Assembly: GCA_044892525.1 (NCBI GenBank)
Contig: CM097885.1
Span: 38,504,001 to 38,568,000, forward strand
Direction of reading: 5' to 3'
Length of the DNA stretch: 64,000 nucleotides
From: Schmidtea polychroa
Lineage: Eukaryota
The notes under the pieces were generated by a model that was not told the origin of the DNA, ran no database searches, and saw only the letters and a program-made list of their open reading frames with translations. Both the position numbers and the translations under genes were made by a program. Shown here one piece after another: positions 17,833 to 28,405 of the stretch; within the stretch, counting starts at the first letter, position 1; each line of letters starts with the position of its first letter.

Positions 17833-19431
17833 ATGAATAAAGAATCACAAACCTATGTGGAAACCGAGATGCAACAACTCGAACAGTACAAATCCATCAT
17901 ACAAACCTACGAAGCAGAAAGAGTAAAGAGAGAAATAGAAATGTACAAAACCATGTATGAGAAAAAGCAACAAGAATTAGAAGCGGAGAGGGCGGAAGCA
18001 CTAGCAACAAAGGAGGAGTGGATGAAACAGGTAGAGGAATTAACCGAGGATGTGAGAAATACCTCAACATACCAAGAATTGGAGGAAGAGCTCTCGAATT
18101 TACGAACTCAGCGGATTATGGAGATAGTTGGGTTATGCGGAGAAATAATAATGCAGAAGGCACAAATTAGGGAAGCAAAGGAGCAATACGAGGAAGAACA
18201 GCGTAAAACGGAACGAATAAAACTACAAGCGCAACAATGGAAACTAAAGTACGAAACCCTCCAGACAAGGCAGAATGATAGTCACGAACATCAAATACGG
18301 AATTACAAGGCCGAACTAGAAGAAGTAAAGGGCAAATGCGCAATGATGAAAGAAAAATGGGAAAGATGCAAAAAGACCCTAAACGAAGTCAGAGGGCAAG
18401 GGAGGAGAACACCGCATAGAGAACCAATTGTTAGAGATAACGTATTAGAGCGAATTAACACACAAATAAAGATACAAGCCCAGAAATGGAAGTATAAATA
18501 CCTAGGAAGTCAAACTCAAGTGCTCTATTGGAAAATCAGTAGCAAGGAACAACTGCGATTACGAAAAGCAGACCAAGAATTTTACGAAACAAGAGCTGCA
18601 CAGCGAGAAGAAGAGGAAGTAGAGTGGAGAAAACGACAGCAGAAAACTGAGGAAACCGAAAAGTGTCTCAAGCATCAAGCCCGAAAATGGAAAAAGAATT
18701 GGAAAGAGACCAAAGAGGAGTTAAGACAGTTACCAATAAAACTGATGGAAAGAGACGAAGTTAAAATATGGGAAACGATAGAAAACCAAAAAGATGAGAT
18801 CAGCCGATTGAGTAGAGAACATAGAATCAAGACGCGGATCAGCGACGGTAGACAGAGAATCATAAAGAAACAGACTCGAGAAATAAGAAGGTATGAATTC
18901 CAGGAAAAGAGATGGGAACAACAATTGACAGACCAAGATCGACAGATCCGACAATTACAAACCGAAGTGGAAGAAGCCAATCAAGAGATGAACGGATATA
19001 AAGGTATGTACACCCAAAGGGATGTGAATTGGAAGCACCAGATTGAGCTTAATGCGAAATATAGAGAGGAGTGCGACAAGACAATTCAACAAACCAAACA
19101 GGAAACCGAGATAATAAAACGATGCTTCGAAGAAAATGAAGCAAATTTGAGAGCGGAAATTGAGAAACTAAAAACGCTCGAAAGAACCCAACGATTGGAA
19201 GAGGAATTAAACGAAATGATAGAAAACGAAGGTAGATTAACGTTTTTATTGGATGAGGAAATAAACATCTCAACGGAACTACGAGAGGAAATAGATCGGT
19301 TAAGGAGACAACCACCAATATTATTAATGCCACTCTACCCGTTCCCGTTGCAAGTGCCACAGCCTGCCGAAGTCACCACAGATGAAGGCTTCGATGAAAA
19401 TAACGAACAAAATAACGCAACATGGATTTAG
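17833..19431 (+). CDS. Accessory ORF4, long coiled-coil protein
   Basis: 532 aa, E/K/Q/R-rich, three QAxxWK repeats. Confidence 0.8.
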   Translation: MNKESQTYVETEMQQLEQYKSIIQTYEAERVKREIEMYKTMYEKKQQELEAERAEALATKEEWMKQVEELTEDVRNTSTYQELEEELSNLRTQRIMEIVGLCGEIIMQKAQIREAKEQYEEEQRKTERIKLQAQQWKLKYETLQTRQNDSHEHQIRNYKAELEEVKGKCAMMKEKWERCKKTLNEVRGQGRRTPHREPIVRDNVLERINTQIKIQAQKWKYKYLGSQTQVLYWKISSKEQLRLRKADQEFYETRAAQREEEEVEWRKRQQKTEETEKCLKHQARKWKKNWKETKEELRQLPIKLMERDEVKIWETIENQKDEISRLSREHRIKTRISDGRQRIIKKQTREIRRYEFQEKRWEQQLTDQDRQIRQLQTEVEEANQEMNGYKGMYTQRDVNWKHQIELNAKYREECDKTIQQTKQETEIIKRCFEENEANLRAEIEKLKTLERTQRLEEELNEMIENEGRLTFLLDEEINISTELREEIDRLRRQPPILLMPLYPFPLQVPQPAEVTTDEGFDENNEQNNATWI

Positions 19432-19463
19432 TCGAAGGGAGATGTTGCCTGTAAATAAGAATG

Positions 19464-19519
<56 letters not shown>
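19464..19519 (+). repeat. Poly(A) tract, 56 nt
   Basis: Directly visible between ORF4 and ORF5. Confidence 0.95.
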
Positions 19520-19520
<1 letters not shown>

Positions 19521-19611
19521 ATAAAACCAAAACCAAATAAAAATTACAAAACCAAAAAATTCAGAATAAAAAGAAGACAAAAGGAAATATGATATGTATA
19601 TTTTTGTAGAT

Positions 19612-20379
19612 ATGAATTATTTAAAAGAAAGAGAATCAACGAGTAACGAAGGAAAGTCAAACGACCAACCTGAACAAAACCAGGATATGATACCAATCAA
19701 ACAAGAACCGATGAAATATTATAGCAATAAATGGAGAGTCAGCAAGAAGTTGTTCAAATTAAAGATTGCAAATCAAAATGTAGAGATTACGAGATTGAGG
19801 CAGCATATTGTTCAATCAAGACGATTAATAAACACTGTCAAGCAAGAAATTTTGAGGGAAATAAAGGAATCGAAACGAAAAGAGACAGAAAATAAAAACC
19901 TGAGACAAGAGATAGTAGAGTTGAGAGCTCAGGCAGTAATCGAAGATTATTGGAAATCAGAAACAAGGAAGTTGAAAAAGATTGTGAATATCGACCAAGT
20001 CTATATCGAGCAGTTAGAAGCACAATATGCTTATGCAAAAACAAGAGTGCGAGGAAGTAAAAAAGTCGAGAAGAGAAATGTAAAACTCAAGGAAGAGATC
20101 AAGGAACAAAGAGAGGAAACAGAAAAACAATGGAAGTTGAAAGAAAATTACCGGAGAATCTTAAATCAAAAACGACGAAGCATGCAAGCATTGCAGACGG
20201 CAATAACCATCAAGCAGAGAAAATGGAAAAGTAAAGAGAAGCAATTACAAGAAATACCAGAATTAAAGAGACAGTTGATAGCAACGCAACTCGAAGTAAT
20301 AAGAATGAACGAGTTGAGCAAAAGACGAGCACCCGAACCTCCCGTAAAATTAAGGGATGAGGTCGGTGGCTCCCAATAA
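19612..20379 (+). CDS. Accessory ORF5, basic coiled-coil protein
   Basis: Track ORF 19594-20379; ATG 19612 preferred because it follows TTTTTGTAG like the other ORFs. A homologous relic lies at 57137-57514. Confidence 0.75.
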   Translation: MNYLKERESTSNEGKSNDQPEQNQDMIPIKQEPMKYYSNKWRVSKKLFKLKIANQNVEITRLRQHIVQSRRLINTVKQEILREIKESKRKETENKNLRQEIVELRAQAVIEDYWKSETRKLKKIVNIDQVYIEQLEAQYAYAKTRVRGSKKVEKRNVKLKEEIKEQREETEKQWKLKENYRRILNQKRRSMQALQTAITIKQRKWKSKEKQLQEIPELKRQLIATQLEVIRMNELSKRRAPEPPVKLRDEVGGSQ

Positions 20380-20455
20380 ATGAGACAAAATAACCGTGTA
20401 AATAAATTGTAAATAAAGCCAAGTAATTATTATTAACATATATGTATATGTAAAG

Positions 20456-21442
20456 ATGAGAAGCCTAATCGTGATGATGATTATAATGACAATGCCAAGA
20501 ATCCTGCAAGCAGAAGAATCAATGATCAGATGCCAGAAAGAATACCCATATCGCAGAGAAGATAGTACATGTAGTAGCTTTAAATCGATCTGCGAAAAAC
20601 CCAATGAGGAATGCGAACAAATCAAGTTACAATGTTCGCAATGTCCACAAACAACTGAAAGTTCGACGGAAGTGCAAATGGCTCAGACAATAAAAACAAT
20701 GTTAGAACAAGAAATGAAAGTCACCAGAACCCAGATAGCAACATTAGCCAAACAATGTCAAAGTCAGAAATCAAAGAGAGAACCCCAAACAGATCCAGCC
20801 GCAATGAGAATGATGGTAATAATATTAGAGGAAATAAAACAACAGGTAACAGCAACCGCCTATGGACGTTCAAGCAATTGCGAAACAGTAGTAAAATCTT
20901 TGGAGGAAATGAAAGGAAAAATAACTTCCATCATCAAAGAGGAACCCAGCATTACAAATGAGGTAACGAAAACCTTGAAAGAAATGACAAGGGAAATCCT
21001 AACTACCATAAACAAAAACCCAACGAACTCCGAGAAGATGATTAAAACCCTTGAGGCAATAAAGAAAGTTGTCACCTCAGAAGAAAACAAATTCAATAAG
21101 CCCGAAAAATCAGAAACGGCGGATACAACCCAATTAAAAGAAATTATGAACAAACCCAAAGTAATAGAACCGAGAGAGTCTGAACCCCTCACAATATTGA
21201 TCCTATTAGCGGCAAGCCTAATGATAAACATTACCGTACTGAGCCTGATTGCACTCAAACCCAATTCCAGTAAAGCAAGAAACAAAACCCTCAAACTAAA
21301 AGAACAATCACAGAATATTCATATCCCAATGGAAGAACAGCTAATCCAAACAACGAACCAACCAAGATACTTCAAATCTTCCCCAAACATCGAAACCAGA
21401 GCCGTCATCGAGACGAGATCCCGAACAACAGAATTCTATTAG
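20456..21442 (+). CDS. Accessory ORF6, type-I membrane protein
   Basis: Signal peptide MRSLIVMMIIMTMPRILQA, 6-Cys N-terminal domain, helical repeats, TM PLTILILLAASLMINITVLSLIAL. Confidence 0.8.
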   Translation: MRSLIVMMIIMTMPRILQAEESMIRCQKEYPYRREDSTCSSFKSICEKPNEECEQIKLQCSQCPQTTESSTEVQMAQTIKTMLEQEMKVTRTQIATLAKQCQSQKSKREPQTDPAAMRMMVIILEEIKQQVTATAYGRSSNCETVVKSLEEMKGKITSIIKEEPSITNEVTKTLKEMTREILTTINKNPTNSEKMIKTLEAIKKVVTSEENKFNKPEKSETADTTQLKEIMNKPKVIEPRESEPLTILILLAASLMINITVLSLIALKPNSSKARNKTLKLKEQSQNIHIPMEEQLIQTTNQPRYFKSSPNIETRAVIETRSRTTEFY

Positions 21443-21760
21443 TGTGACATCATGACAGTAAAAACATTTCACGACATTATAAACGATAAATCATCCTGAT
21501 CGAACAATTGATTTCAAAGACTGAGACTACGATTAATGACACTGATTCTTGAGCATGATAATGTTATTTTTATGTGGGCCGACCTCGGTCGTTCTTTTCC
21601 TTCATCTTTCAACCCGTCTGTAAAATGTAGTGTAATAGTAGCATTTTTATGTATGTGGGTATTGAGGTCACGACCCTGTAGCTCGTGGACCCAATTTGCA
21701 TGTAGGCACTTGTAATATAGTGCAAGTATTCTGAAAATTAATCTTATTCATCTTTGGATT

Positions 21761-21794
21761 TAAATTGCGGGTCGCAATTTTATGGGCCCCCGAG
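21761..21794 (+). promoter_or_regulatory. Pre-LTR hairpin and PPT-position tract
   Basis: AAATTGCG-GGT-CGCAATTT hairpin, then TATGGGCCCCCGAG, then TGT; layout typical of Ty3/gypsy 3' ends although not purely purine. Confidence 0.5.
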
Positions 21795-24628
21795 TGTTTT
21801 ATGTTGGGCTAGAACTGATTTCTAGACCCAAACTACTAATTGTGACTGAAACGTGCAGGTACACAACATGTAAAAAGCAAAAAGTATAGTTAAACATTAA
21901 AATACACACCAAATAAACAATATTAACTAAAGGAGAAAGCAACAAAAACATAAACAAAGAAATTAAACAAAATTATACAAAAGCAAGAAGTGATGCAAAA
22001 ATCTAACTCAAAAATAACCAAATAAACACGGAGTTACAAAAAACAGACTCGAATAACTTAAAAGACGATAAAAACAGTAAAACATTCCAGAAAAACCCAG
22101 AACATTCTATAAAAATGGCGATGACCATCACAAAAGTTATCTAGAACAACAAAAGTTAAGGAAAATAAATAAATTAGTATTAAAAATAAAAAATCTCAAA
22201 AAGAATTCATAAAAACATCAGTTAAAATAAAAATTAAATTAAAAGTAAAATAGAATGTTCTGGAACCGTTCCAAATCCATCATGGACGTAAAATTAATGA
22301 AAAATAATTAAAAAATAAAAATATAAAAATAAAAACAAAAATTATGGCACAAAAATTGCCATTAAAAATAGCAAAATCGTAAAATAGAAAATTCTGGAAT
22401 AAAAAAGAATTCGAGTTTGTTTTAATGCATCAATACATACACGTGTACTAAATAGGTATATATACTGACACGTTTCAGTCACAATCAATCACTTTTATGC
22501 CAAATTTTTGTGACGAAATTTCCAAAATCGATAGTAAGCATTGATCTTTATTTGTATATTAATTGTTTAATTATATAGATGGTATTTTAAATTTATTTTT
22601 GCTTAAAATTTTTTGCGATGTATGAGTGATCAACGGCGTACTGGTATTCCTGCGTCGTTGTTCAGTCCTGCATCCAATTTATTAAAATCGTGATTAACAG
22701 GACATGCAGACACGCATTATCATTATTATAGTGATATTTATTATATGATTTCTTTTTGTTCGGGTCAGCCGGAGGTCGAACTACTTCATGGTCCTGCCAT
22801 GGAGTTAGGTCGAGGAAACCCTCCGCCTGACTCTTCGTATTTATTTAAGGTCAGCCGTAAATGGTTGACTTAGCACACAACACTAAGGTTTGTGGACGTG
22901 GTCACAGTGGGGCCATGGAAGCAATATTCTTCCCGACTCATTGCGTAATATACAATTAAACTCAACACTTAAAATCCTGAACAATAACTCTACACTAAGG
23001 TTCTAATTTGAGTAGAGCTCGTACCTAAAATTACACAATTCTACACTCACATTAATGTAGCTAGTTGATTCATAATGGTAATTTCAATTATGCTTAGACA
23101 TATGCCGAACTAGATTTTGTAGTAAGGATCTTTGATAAAGTAACAGAAATAAGAGAGATATTCGGCATACGTACAGGTATAACTTGACCTAGATATGCTG
23201 ATTCCGAGTAAAGATAGACATTTTAAATCTAGTTCCCACTTTAAAATGTTTGTAAATGTGTAGGCTCTTAGTTGTAATATTCTTGTTGTTAACTATAAAA
23301 CTATAAGTTATAAATAATTACGATAGCTAGGTACAAATCACGTCGATCCTGAAAATGTAAATTGTAAATGGAGAAAGTCTGATCAGAGATAGTAATAGGC
23401 GATAGACGCGCTAGAACCCTGAAGTTTAATCCACAAATAGGACCAGGAAATCTGTAAGTACTGCGGAAAACAATGTTGATCATAGAAAGGAAGTTGTAAG
23501 AAGTATATTCCGTCGACTAAAAATTTCAAATTATAAAGTACGAAAATACGAATTACAAAAGTATAAATTTTAGATTATAAACTTAGAAATTATAAGTTGA
23601 GCAATTATAACTTATAAAATATGAATGTATAAATTTCAAAATATGAAATTATAATTGTAAATTACAAGATTGTAAATCCCTAAATTGAAAATTTTAAATT
23701 ATAAATCGAAAATTATCAAAGTATAAATTATAAAACATAAATTTATAATTCTAAAACATGGGATTGTAAAATTATAGTTATCATAATCCTGATCATTTCC
23801 CTTGTTATTACTATTAGCAGTATCAACATTATCATTACTATTAGTATTATTATTCTTATTCTTATTATTATTATGTTATTATTATCATTATTATGAATAT
23901 CATAATTAGCATTATTATTATTATCATCATTATCAGTACCATTATAAAAATTTATTATTATTCTTGTTATTATTATTATTAGTATTATTACTATTACCAT
24001 TATTAAAATTTATTATTATTCTTATTATTATTACTATCATTGCTATTATTAATATTATTAGTATCATTATTATTATTATTATTAGTATCGTTATTTCATT
24101 GTTATTATTATTGGTATTATTACAGTTAACTACAAAAAATCGATATCCCAATCCGATATCGATCACCTGGAAATTTAGAAATTAGCAAATTAAATAAATT
24201 ACTTGTATGCAGAGCCAACCACTCATAACGAGCACAACCGAAGGAAAGGTAAGCAGACGAAGAGCTTAGTTCGTTGCTAGTACCTGTCGCCCCAGCGTGC
24301 CCGAATTTAGTGGCCTAAAAATGACGACCTAGAAAAAATTCACATTTTATTAACATATAAACTAAAATTTATAAACAGTAATTAAAATTACCACTCAGTG
24401 GTAAACAAAATTTTGAATGGAAATGATTAATTTAAACAAACGAATTTTGACGAAAATCCCTTTTTTGTTGTTTTGATAAAGTAGGAAATCTTATTCCCTG
24501 CTCCTAAACTTATAGGTGGTAGTCTTAAAATAAAATATTTTTTTTAAAGGGAAAAAGGGTCAACAAAATCTTGTGGTTGACGTCGTATCTCAATCAGTAT
24601 AGAGGGGCTTGATTATTATTTTGTAGAA

Positions 24629-24994
24629 ATGTCCTACTCTGACAGCGATAGCCACGAAGAAGCCGACCGACAGATGCTTACCAGACTCCGTACACGGTAC
24701 ATATGGCACCGTATCCATGATTGGAATCGGGGTTTGGACCTCGACAACTTTGGCCCAGTAATCAGGAGTGGGCCGGAGCCGGACGCTCCGGCGTGGGTAA
24801 AAACAGAGCCCACAAACGATTTTTTGCAAGAGGCCCGCGACCGAGCGGCCATCGAGGTAGAAGCAGCTCAGATGCGACTCAAGAAGATCGAGCTGCAAAT
24901 CCAAGCAGAAAAAGAGGGAAAAACCGTGGAGGACCTAGAAGAGGCCGAGGCAACCCCGCGGAAGAGGGGAAGGCCTCGCAAGCGACTGAACTGA
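24629..24994 (+). CDS. Small protein with C-terminal AT-hook/NLS-like motif
   Basis: GC-richer 121-aa ORF ending TPRKRGRPRKRLN; TTTTGTAG just upstream of the ATG. Confidence 0.6.
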   Translation: MSYSDSDSHEEADRQMLTRLRTRYIWHRIHDWNRGLDLDNFGPVIRSGPEPDAPAWVKTEPTNDFLQEARDRAAIEVEAAQMRLKKIELQIQAEKEGKTVEDLEEAEATPRKRGRPRKRLN

Positions 24995-25203
24995 CTCATC
25001 GTCAAAATTTTGTTTTTGCAAATTATCATCCAGTTGTGACTTTATTAAACTTTGATTTTAGTGATAATTATTTCAGTCCTTTTAATAAATCATCTTGTGT
25101 ATTGCGTGCTTAACATCCGAAACTATGTTTATTTATAATATTGATTTTATTTTATAATTGAATGAATAGTATGCTGCAAGAATATAATCGTTGAATTTAT
25201 CTA

Positions 25204-25674
25204 GTGTTCAAACTATTGGAAAATCTGCGAAGAGATAGGGCAGAAGCTCAAAAACAGTCCGAGGAGCTCCGCATACGAGTAGACAAGCTCAAGGGACGGT
25301 GCCGGGAACTAGAAAGCACCTGGTTTAGTCCCGAGGATATGAAAAAGAAGGTGGCGCAGGTCCTTCAACTGCAGACTCAAGCTGCGCAGGATCAGATGGA
25401 GATCCGGGCACTGAAACTCCAGCTCCGCGCGTTAAAAACCGAACGCAATGAACAAGTAGTTCACGGAGCCGCCATAAGCCAAATCCGGCCGTTGACCGTG
25501 GAACTAGCAGCAATATACCCCCCGGCCGCGAAAGAGAAACCCAAAAGAAAGCGGTTAGGCCGAAATATTCGGGAAAAATTGAAGAAAGCTAGACTGGCCG
25601 AATACGAGCGACAAGCAAATTCGTCACTAGCAGCTGCGACGGAATTGGCCAGTCCTACCAATAAGCCTGTTTGA
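25204..25674 (+). CDS. Coiled-coil protein with basic patch (start uncertain)
   Basis: GC-richer 156-aa ORF, heptads, KPKRKR; GTG start overlaps a TAG acceptor-like site. Confidence 0.5.
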   Translation: MFKLLENLRRDRAEAQKQSEELRIRVDKLKGRCRELESTWFSPEDMKKKVAQVLQLQTQAAQDQMEIRALKLQLRALKTERNEQVVHGAAISQIRPLTVELAAIYPPAAKEKPKRKRLGRNIREKLKKARLAEYERQANSSLAAATELASPTNKPV

Positions 25675-27144
25675 ACTTATATTCGGTTTTAGGTGTTTTG
25701 TAGTATTTTTATGTATTGTGGTAGTCTTCAAATAATATGTTCCTTGTTAAAATACTGCACGTTTTGTAGTGATAAAATAATGACTAGTACAGTTTATGAT
25801 TGCCTGGGAAATGAGAGTTTGTGCATAAGGTTGGGAAAACAATTTTGATAAAGGGACCTGAGAAATCGGACACACACCTTCTATCGGTAGTCCGTGAACC
25901 CACGGAGTACTCGACAACTATAGTGCTTTGATGCGCTCACTTTTTGCGAGTACTCAACCCTTGGTACAGTACCAACGTTGATCACTCAACGGGTACCAAG
26001 CGGAAAAACAATGTTGTATTTTGGGTTACGCTGGTAACAGCACTCAATCATTCAACCACCAGTAACCCACCAGCAAGAACAAAAACGCACTCTATATAGT
26101 TTAATTAATATATAGGTCACACGCACTATATATATTTTAGGGGTAGACAAAATTGTCTGTATGTAATGAGCAATAAATCAGACATATTTCAACTTTTAAA
26201 AATCGAAATTTATAAATCTTAAATCGACTTTAAAAAGATGGACCAGCAAGGACAAAGACATATTTTCTAGTTAATAATATAAGTCACATACGCGCACGTT
26301 ATATATTTTAGGTAAAAAATTTTTTTGTGTGTAATGGGCAATAAATAAGAGATCTTATTAATATTTAACAACATTTATTAGAATAATTGTGCAATTCTAG
26401 CACTTGTAATTTTCCAATTAAGAAAAAATACATCATCATTATCAACCTTATATCCTTGCATCGTAGTTGTTAGATACCTGTTTTCTCGTTTCTTAAAGCT
26501 TATTTCTGCAAAGGCATCATAATAATATATCCTAATACGAATCTTACGAAGGCGACTGTTCATTATAATCATTATAATAATTTAATAGTAATAACAATAA
26601 ATGAAATTTCTGAAAAATTTATCAAGAATAATTCTCAAAAGTATGAAATATAAATTAATAATGTAAATTAAACTAATTATAAGTTAGCATGTAAATAAAA
26701 AATTTATATATGACCATCTGTAAATAAGTGATTAATAATAAACATGAAATAATTATAAATACAATCCTCAGATAATATAAATTATTCGCAATTGAGAAAT
26801 GTCTTGATAAAAATAAATTGATAATATTAATAAAATATTGAAAATTTTTAATTATTTGAAGAGAATGAAATATTTACAATATTAGCAGAAGTATTGTCAT
26901 AATCTTACAATAGAATAAAATAATAAAAATAGTAGTTAAAGAATATAGATATATATCTTCAAAAGTCAGTAGATAAAAAACAAGATTCCATTATTGTCCA
27001 AGCTACAGTATCTTGATTGTTTAAATAATAATAATAATAAATATTTACAATTTCAAAAATTGGAAAGAATTAAATATGATTAACTTTAAAACTGAAATAA
27101 TAATGTTAAAAATATGAATTGGAGACTGATTGCCAGATAATTAA

Positions 27145-27347
27145 CCACTTAACGTACGTTAACAGTACGGCCCATCGTACTGGCAATTTTGTTCATGCCG
27201 TGATAGACGGGCGAACATTATGATTACTTTCGTGGTTTTACATGCTCGTTCAAGACGCGGGCGTATTTTAATTTTTGTATAGACACCTATACTAAATACT
27301 TTTTCTATTACGAGTGCCTACACACGAGTAATGTGTACATTAAGTGG
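27145..27347. mobile_element. piggyBac-type MITE
   Basis: TTAA flanks on both sides; TIR CCACTTAACGTAC / GTACATTAAGTGG. Confidence 0.8.
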
Positions 27348-27579
27348 TTAATGAACTGTAACCATAACCATATAAATGCCAGTGCTTAATCTGTTATCTG
27401 AGGAATTTAGTTTTAAAAATATATTTCTTGGTGCATAAATAAAATCTACTGTTTTGGTTTAAATGTATTTGATTGTATATACTGTTTGTGTAAATTCAAA
27501 TTATCTTATTATTATTTTTATTTTAAATTTTAGTTAAATAAATTTTCAATATTTTTAACATAGAACTAAAAGAATTTTT

Positions 27580-27936
27580 GGTACTTCCGTGTTATCTTAC
27601 CCCCAAAATTTAAATTAATAAAGAACACATATAAGTATTATATTTATTTTCTAAATCACAGTTACAAACTCAGCAAATGTTTGTAAAGAGTTTGTAAATG
27701 GTCATCCAGGTGGCCAGAAAACCACAATGTCGTTGAGAAAAGTGTCGAACACATCATCACTGTTGCTTAGAACACGTTTTCGCCACATAAACTCACATAA
27801 TCACATAAATCACAGATAGCTTTAATAAATTCATGTTCAATAACGTCATCAATATTGTATTCTCTCATTTTTTATATTGTTATTTTAATTGTATTTTATA
27901 ATTTAATTTTTGGGGGTAAGATAACACGGAAGTACC
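27580..27936 (-). mobile_element. Merlin (IS1595-like) non-autonomous element
   Basis: ~30-bp TIR GGTACTTCCGTGTTATCTTACCCCCAAAA; near 8-bp TSD GAATTTTT/GAATATTT; minus-strand remnant CEFMWRKR...FDTFLNDI. Confidence 0.75.
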
Positions 27937-28405
27937 GAATATTTTTACTTTTAAAATTACATTTTCATGATAAATGAATTTTTTTCCATATGAAGCAAAT
28001 GTTCGATAAATGTAGTATTGGAGCATGCATTAAGAGCGTTCCTTAAGGAGGAGAGAGTCCTCACAAAGGGGACAATAGGAGAGAGTCCATGTCCTTAAGA
28101 CATAAAATTTCAGACTATTATTTAATTTGTCATTTCCAAGAAAATCTAATTACCATAGATTCCTTTATAATATTTTAGTAATATTTTCTTTTGAGGATTC
28201 ATGTAATATCTAACACTTGTTATTTGACTACTATTTTCTCAGTTTTCTTAGTAGAGTTGCAGCCTAGAACGCAGCGCTCCTTTAATTTAAATGATACTGT
28301 CTCAATTTTAGCTGTTATATCTCGTTAAATTCGACTAATTTGTACTAAATTATAGCCAATTTATTATTATGTAGAACCAGATTTAAAAATTATATCGATA
28401 TAGAT

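Larger units (their letters stand above)
1..26010 (+). mobile_element. Giant Ty3/gypsy LTR retrotransposon (Burro-like), 5' end outside the window; right end tentative
   Basis: Gag CCHC knuckles; PR-RT-RH-INT order diagnostic of Ty3/gypsy; seven co-oriented large ORFs on a very A-rich sense strand; hairpin + PPT-position tract + TG at 21795. Confidence 0.9.
21795..26010 (+). repeat. Putative 3' LTR (~4.2 kb)
   Basis: Begins TGTTTT; candidate end AAAACA at 26005-26010. The partner LTR is not in the window, so the end is unverified. Confidence 0.5.

Noticed and set aside
167..21294. Many minus-strand ORFs antisense to the giant element
   Set aside because: Shadow ORFs: the A-rich coding strand gives F/L/S/I-rich antisense frames with no recognisable motifs.
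23743..24185. Hydrophobic poly-I/L/N ORFs (also 35995-36510 and 53446-53769)
   Set aside because: Translations of (AAT/ATT)n microsatellites.
24283..24303. PBS-like TGTCGCCCCAGCGTG
   Set aside because: Does not start TGG, matches a tRNA 3' end poorly, and does not follow a defined LTR end.
26012..26028. TGTTGTATTTTGGGTTA resembling the LTR start (14/17)
   Set aside because: Similarity does not extend; noted only as a reason the LTR right boundary is uncertain.
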